In this document: piece by piece, positions 62,958 through 64,000 of the stretch
How the letters are laid out: the number at the start of each line of letters is the position of its first letter
Numbering within the stretch: position 1 is the first letter of the stretch
Source: Cystobasidiomycetes sp. EMM_F5
Lineage: Eukaryota
Length of the DNA stretch: 64,000 nucleotides
Reading direction: 5' to 3'
NCBI GenBank assembly: GCA_051047955.1
Contig: JBPGPT010000021.1
Span: 124,001-188,000 of the forward strand
Made by a program: the position numbers and the translations under genes
Notes under the pieces: model-generated
What the model was told of the DNA's origin: nothing
Database searches by the model: none
Seen by the model: the letters and a program-made list of their open reading frames with translations, nothing else

Positions 62958-64000
62958 ATGGACCCGCAGCTCATCAAGACGGTCAACAAGTACGTGCTCA
63001 GCTCGGACAGCTCGCCCCCTAAAGTCCGTGGCTCTGCATGCATGGGTCATGGCATAGTTGGCCATCCAGGCTCAGCGTGGATAGCTCAACGTCAAAGACC
63101 CCAGCAGCCTTATCGGATAACGCCTGGGGTTCGTATCTGACATCCGCGTGTTCTCCCTTAGACTGCAAGATGCGTTTGCGACTGTCGGGCTCAGCACCTC
63201 TACTATTGATCTGCCCCAGGTAAGCGGCAACAAGCCATTACGATACACAAACTAGGCTCACTACTGATTGGGACATGGCTGCAAGATCTGCGTCGTAGGA
63301 TCCCAATCATCTGGCAAATCCTCGGTGCTCGAAAACATTGTCGGACGAGACTTTCTACCAAGAGGAACGGGTATCGTTACGCGTCGTCCGCTCGTTCTCC
63401 AGCTCATCAATCGACCAGCTACGTCTGCGAGCGCAAAGCAGGAAGCGAATGGAGGTGAGTTTCTGGGTGGACAAGGCGTTGACGAGACACGTCACTTGGC
63501 GGGCATGCCGGTTTATTGCACAAGAGCAATTGGGAGTGGCCACTATATCTGACGTACATCTCTTGTTATAACTACTAGTTAACGGCGTACCCAATTCTCC
63601 GGCCTCCAAGACTCAGAGCCATAATCCGATAAATGAAGACGAATGGGGAGAGTTTCTGCATGCGCGTAAGCTTCAAATTTGAACATCAATCGTCTCACCC
63701 ACACTGACAATAATGCAACGATCTGTAGCCGGTGAGAAATTCTTCGATTTCAACAAGATTCGAGAAGAGATTGTTCGAGATACGGAAGCGAAAACAGGAA
63801 AGAACCAAGGTGAGTTGAATGGGGCTGTGTGCGATGAAGACGTCTTTGTTAATACGTAATCTACCTGCCGTGCCAGGAATATCGCCAACACCCATTAACC
63901 TTCGTATCTTCTCGCCAAATGTGCTGACATTAACATTGGTTGATCTGCCGGGATTGACGAAAGTGCCTGTCGGAGATCAACCACGAGATATCGAGCGTCA
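62958..64000 (+). CDS. VPS1: Dynamin-like GTPase Vps1 (runs off window end)
   Basis: [85 protein letters not shown]. Confidence 0.92.

Noticed and set aside
63060..63143. H/ACA snoRNA in VPS1 intron 1
   Set aside because: No ANANNA H box between the hairpins, and the ACA overlaps the branch site.
1..64000. tRNA, rRNA, transposon, CRISPR or secondary-metabolite cluster
   Set aside because: No cloverleaf, terminal repeats, transposase/RT domains, spaced repeats or PKS/NRPS genes were seen by eye. A covariance-model scan was not possible.

Overview
This is a gene-dense, intron-rich eukaryotic window. The short introns with CTRAY branch sites and the gene set point to a basidiomycete fungus, probably a Pucciniomycotina yeast (inference). 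I reconstructed 29 protein-coding genes by manual splicing: PFK2/FBP26, ornithine decarboxylase, a Bem3-like RhoGAP, FIS1, GYP2/MDR1, RIB3, a KASH-like protein, two tandem secreted Cys-rich paralogs, a YRB2-like protein, CHORD-CS, GAF/fRMsr, a DUF6534-like membrane protein, NUP133, UFD1, PWP1, a VanZ-like protein, RIM2, ADE16/17, HGH1, an MRS2-like transporter, a conserved hypothetical protein, GPI1, SAE2/CtIP, an F-box-like protein, a secreted DPBB protein, CCT4, NTF2 and VPS1. No tRNA, rRNA, transposon or CRISPR signal was seen by eye. The most interesting signals are non-coding. (1) Several over-long introns (RhoGAP, VPS1, YRB2) contain a proximal 3' splice site that leads to a premature stop, together with strong base-pairing potential; the RhoGAP intron can form a pseudoknot-like fold. 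(2) The ODC gene has a ~720-nt AUG-free leader with AUU/UUG-initiated uORF candidates. (3) A hidden spliced KASH-type 'VPT*' tail. (4) A tandem secreted protein pair with four conserved introns, one of them GC-AG. (5) Twin MCB boxes upstream of SAE2. All gene models and RNA folds were made by eye and are not computationally verified.
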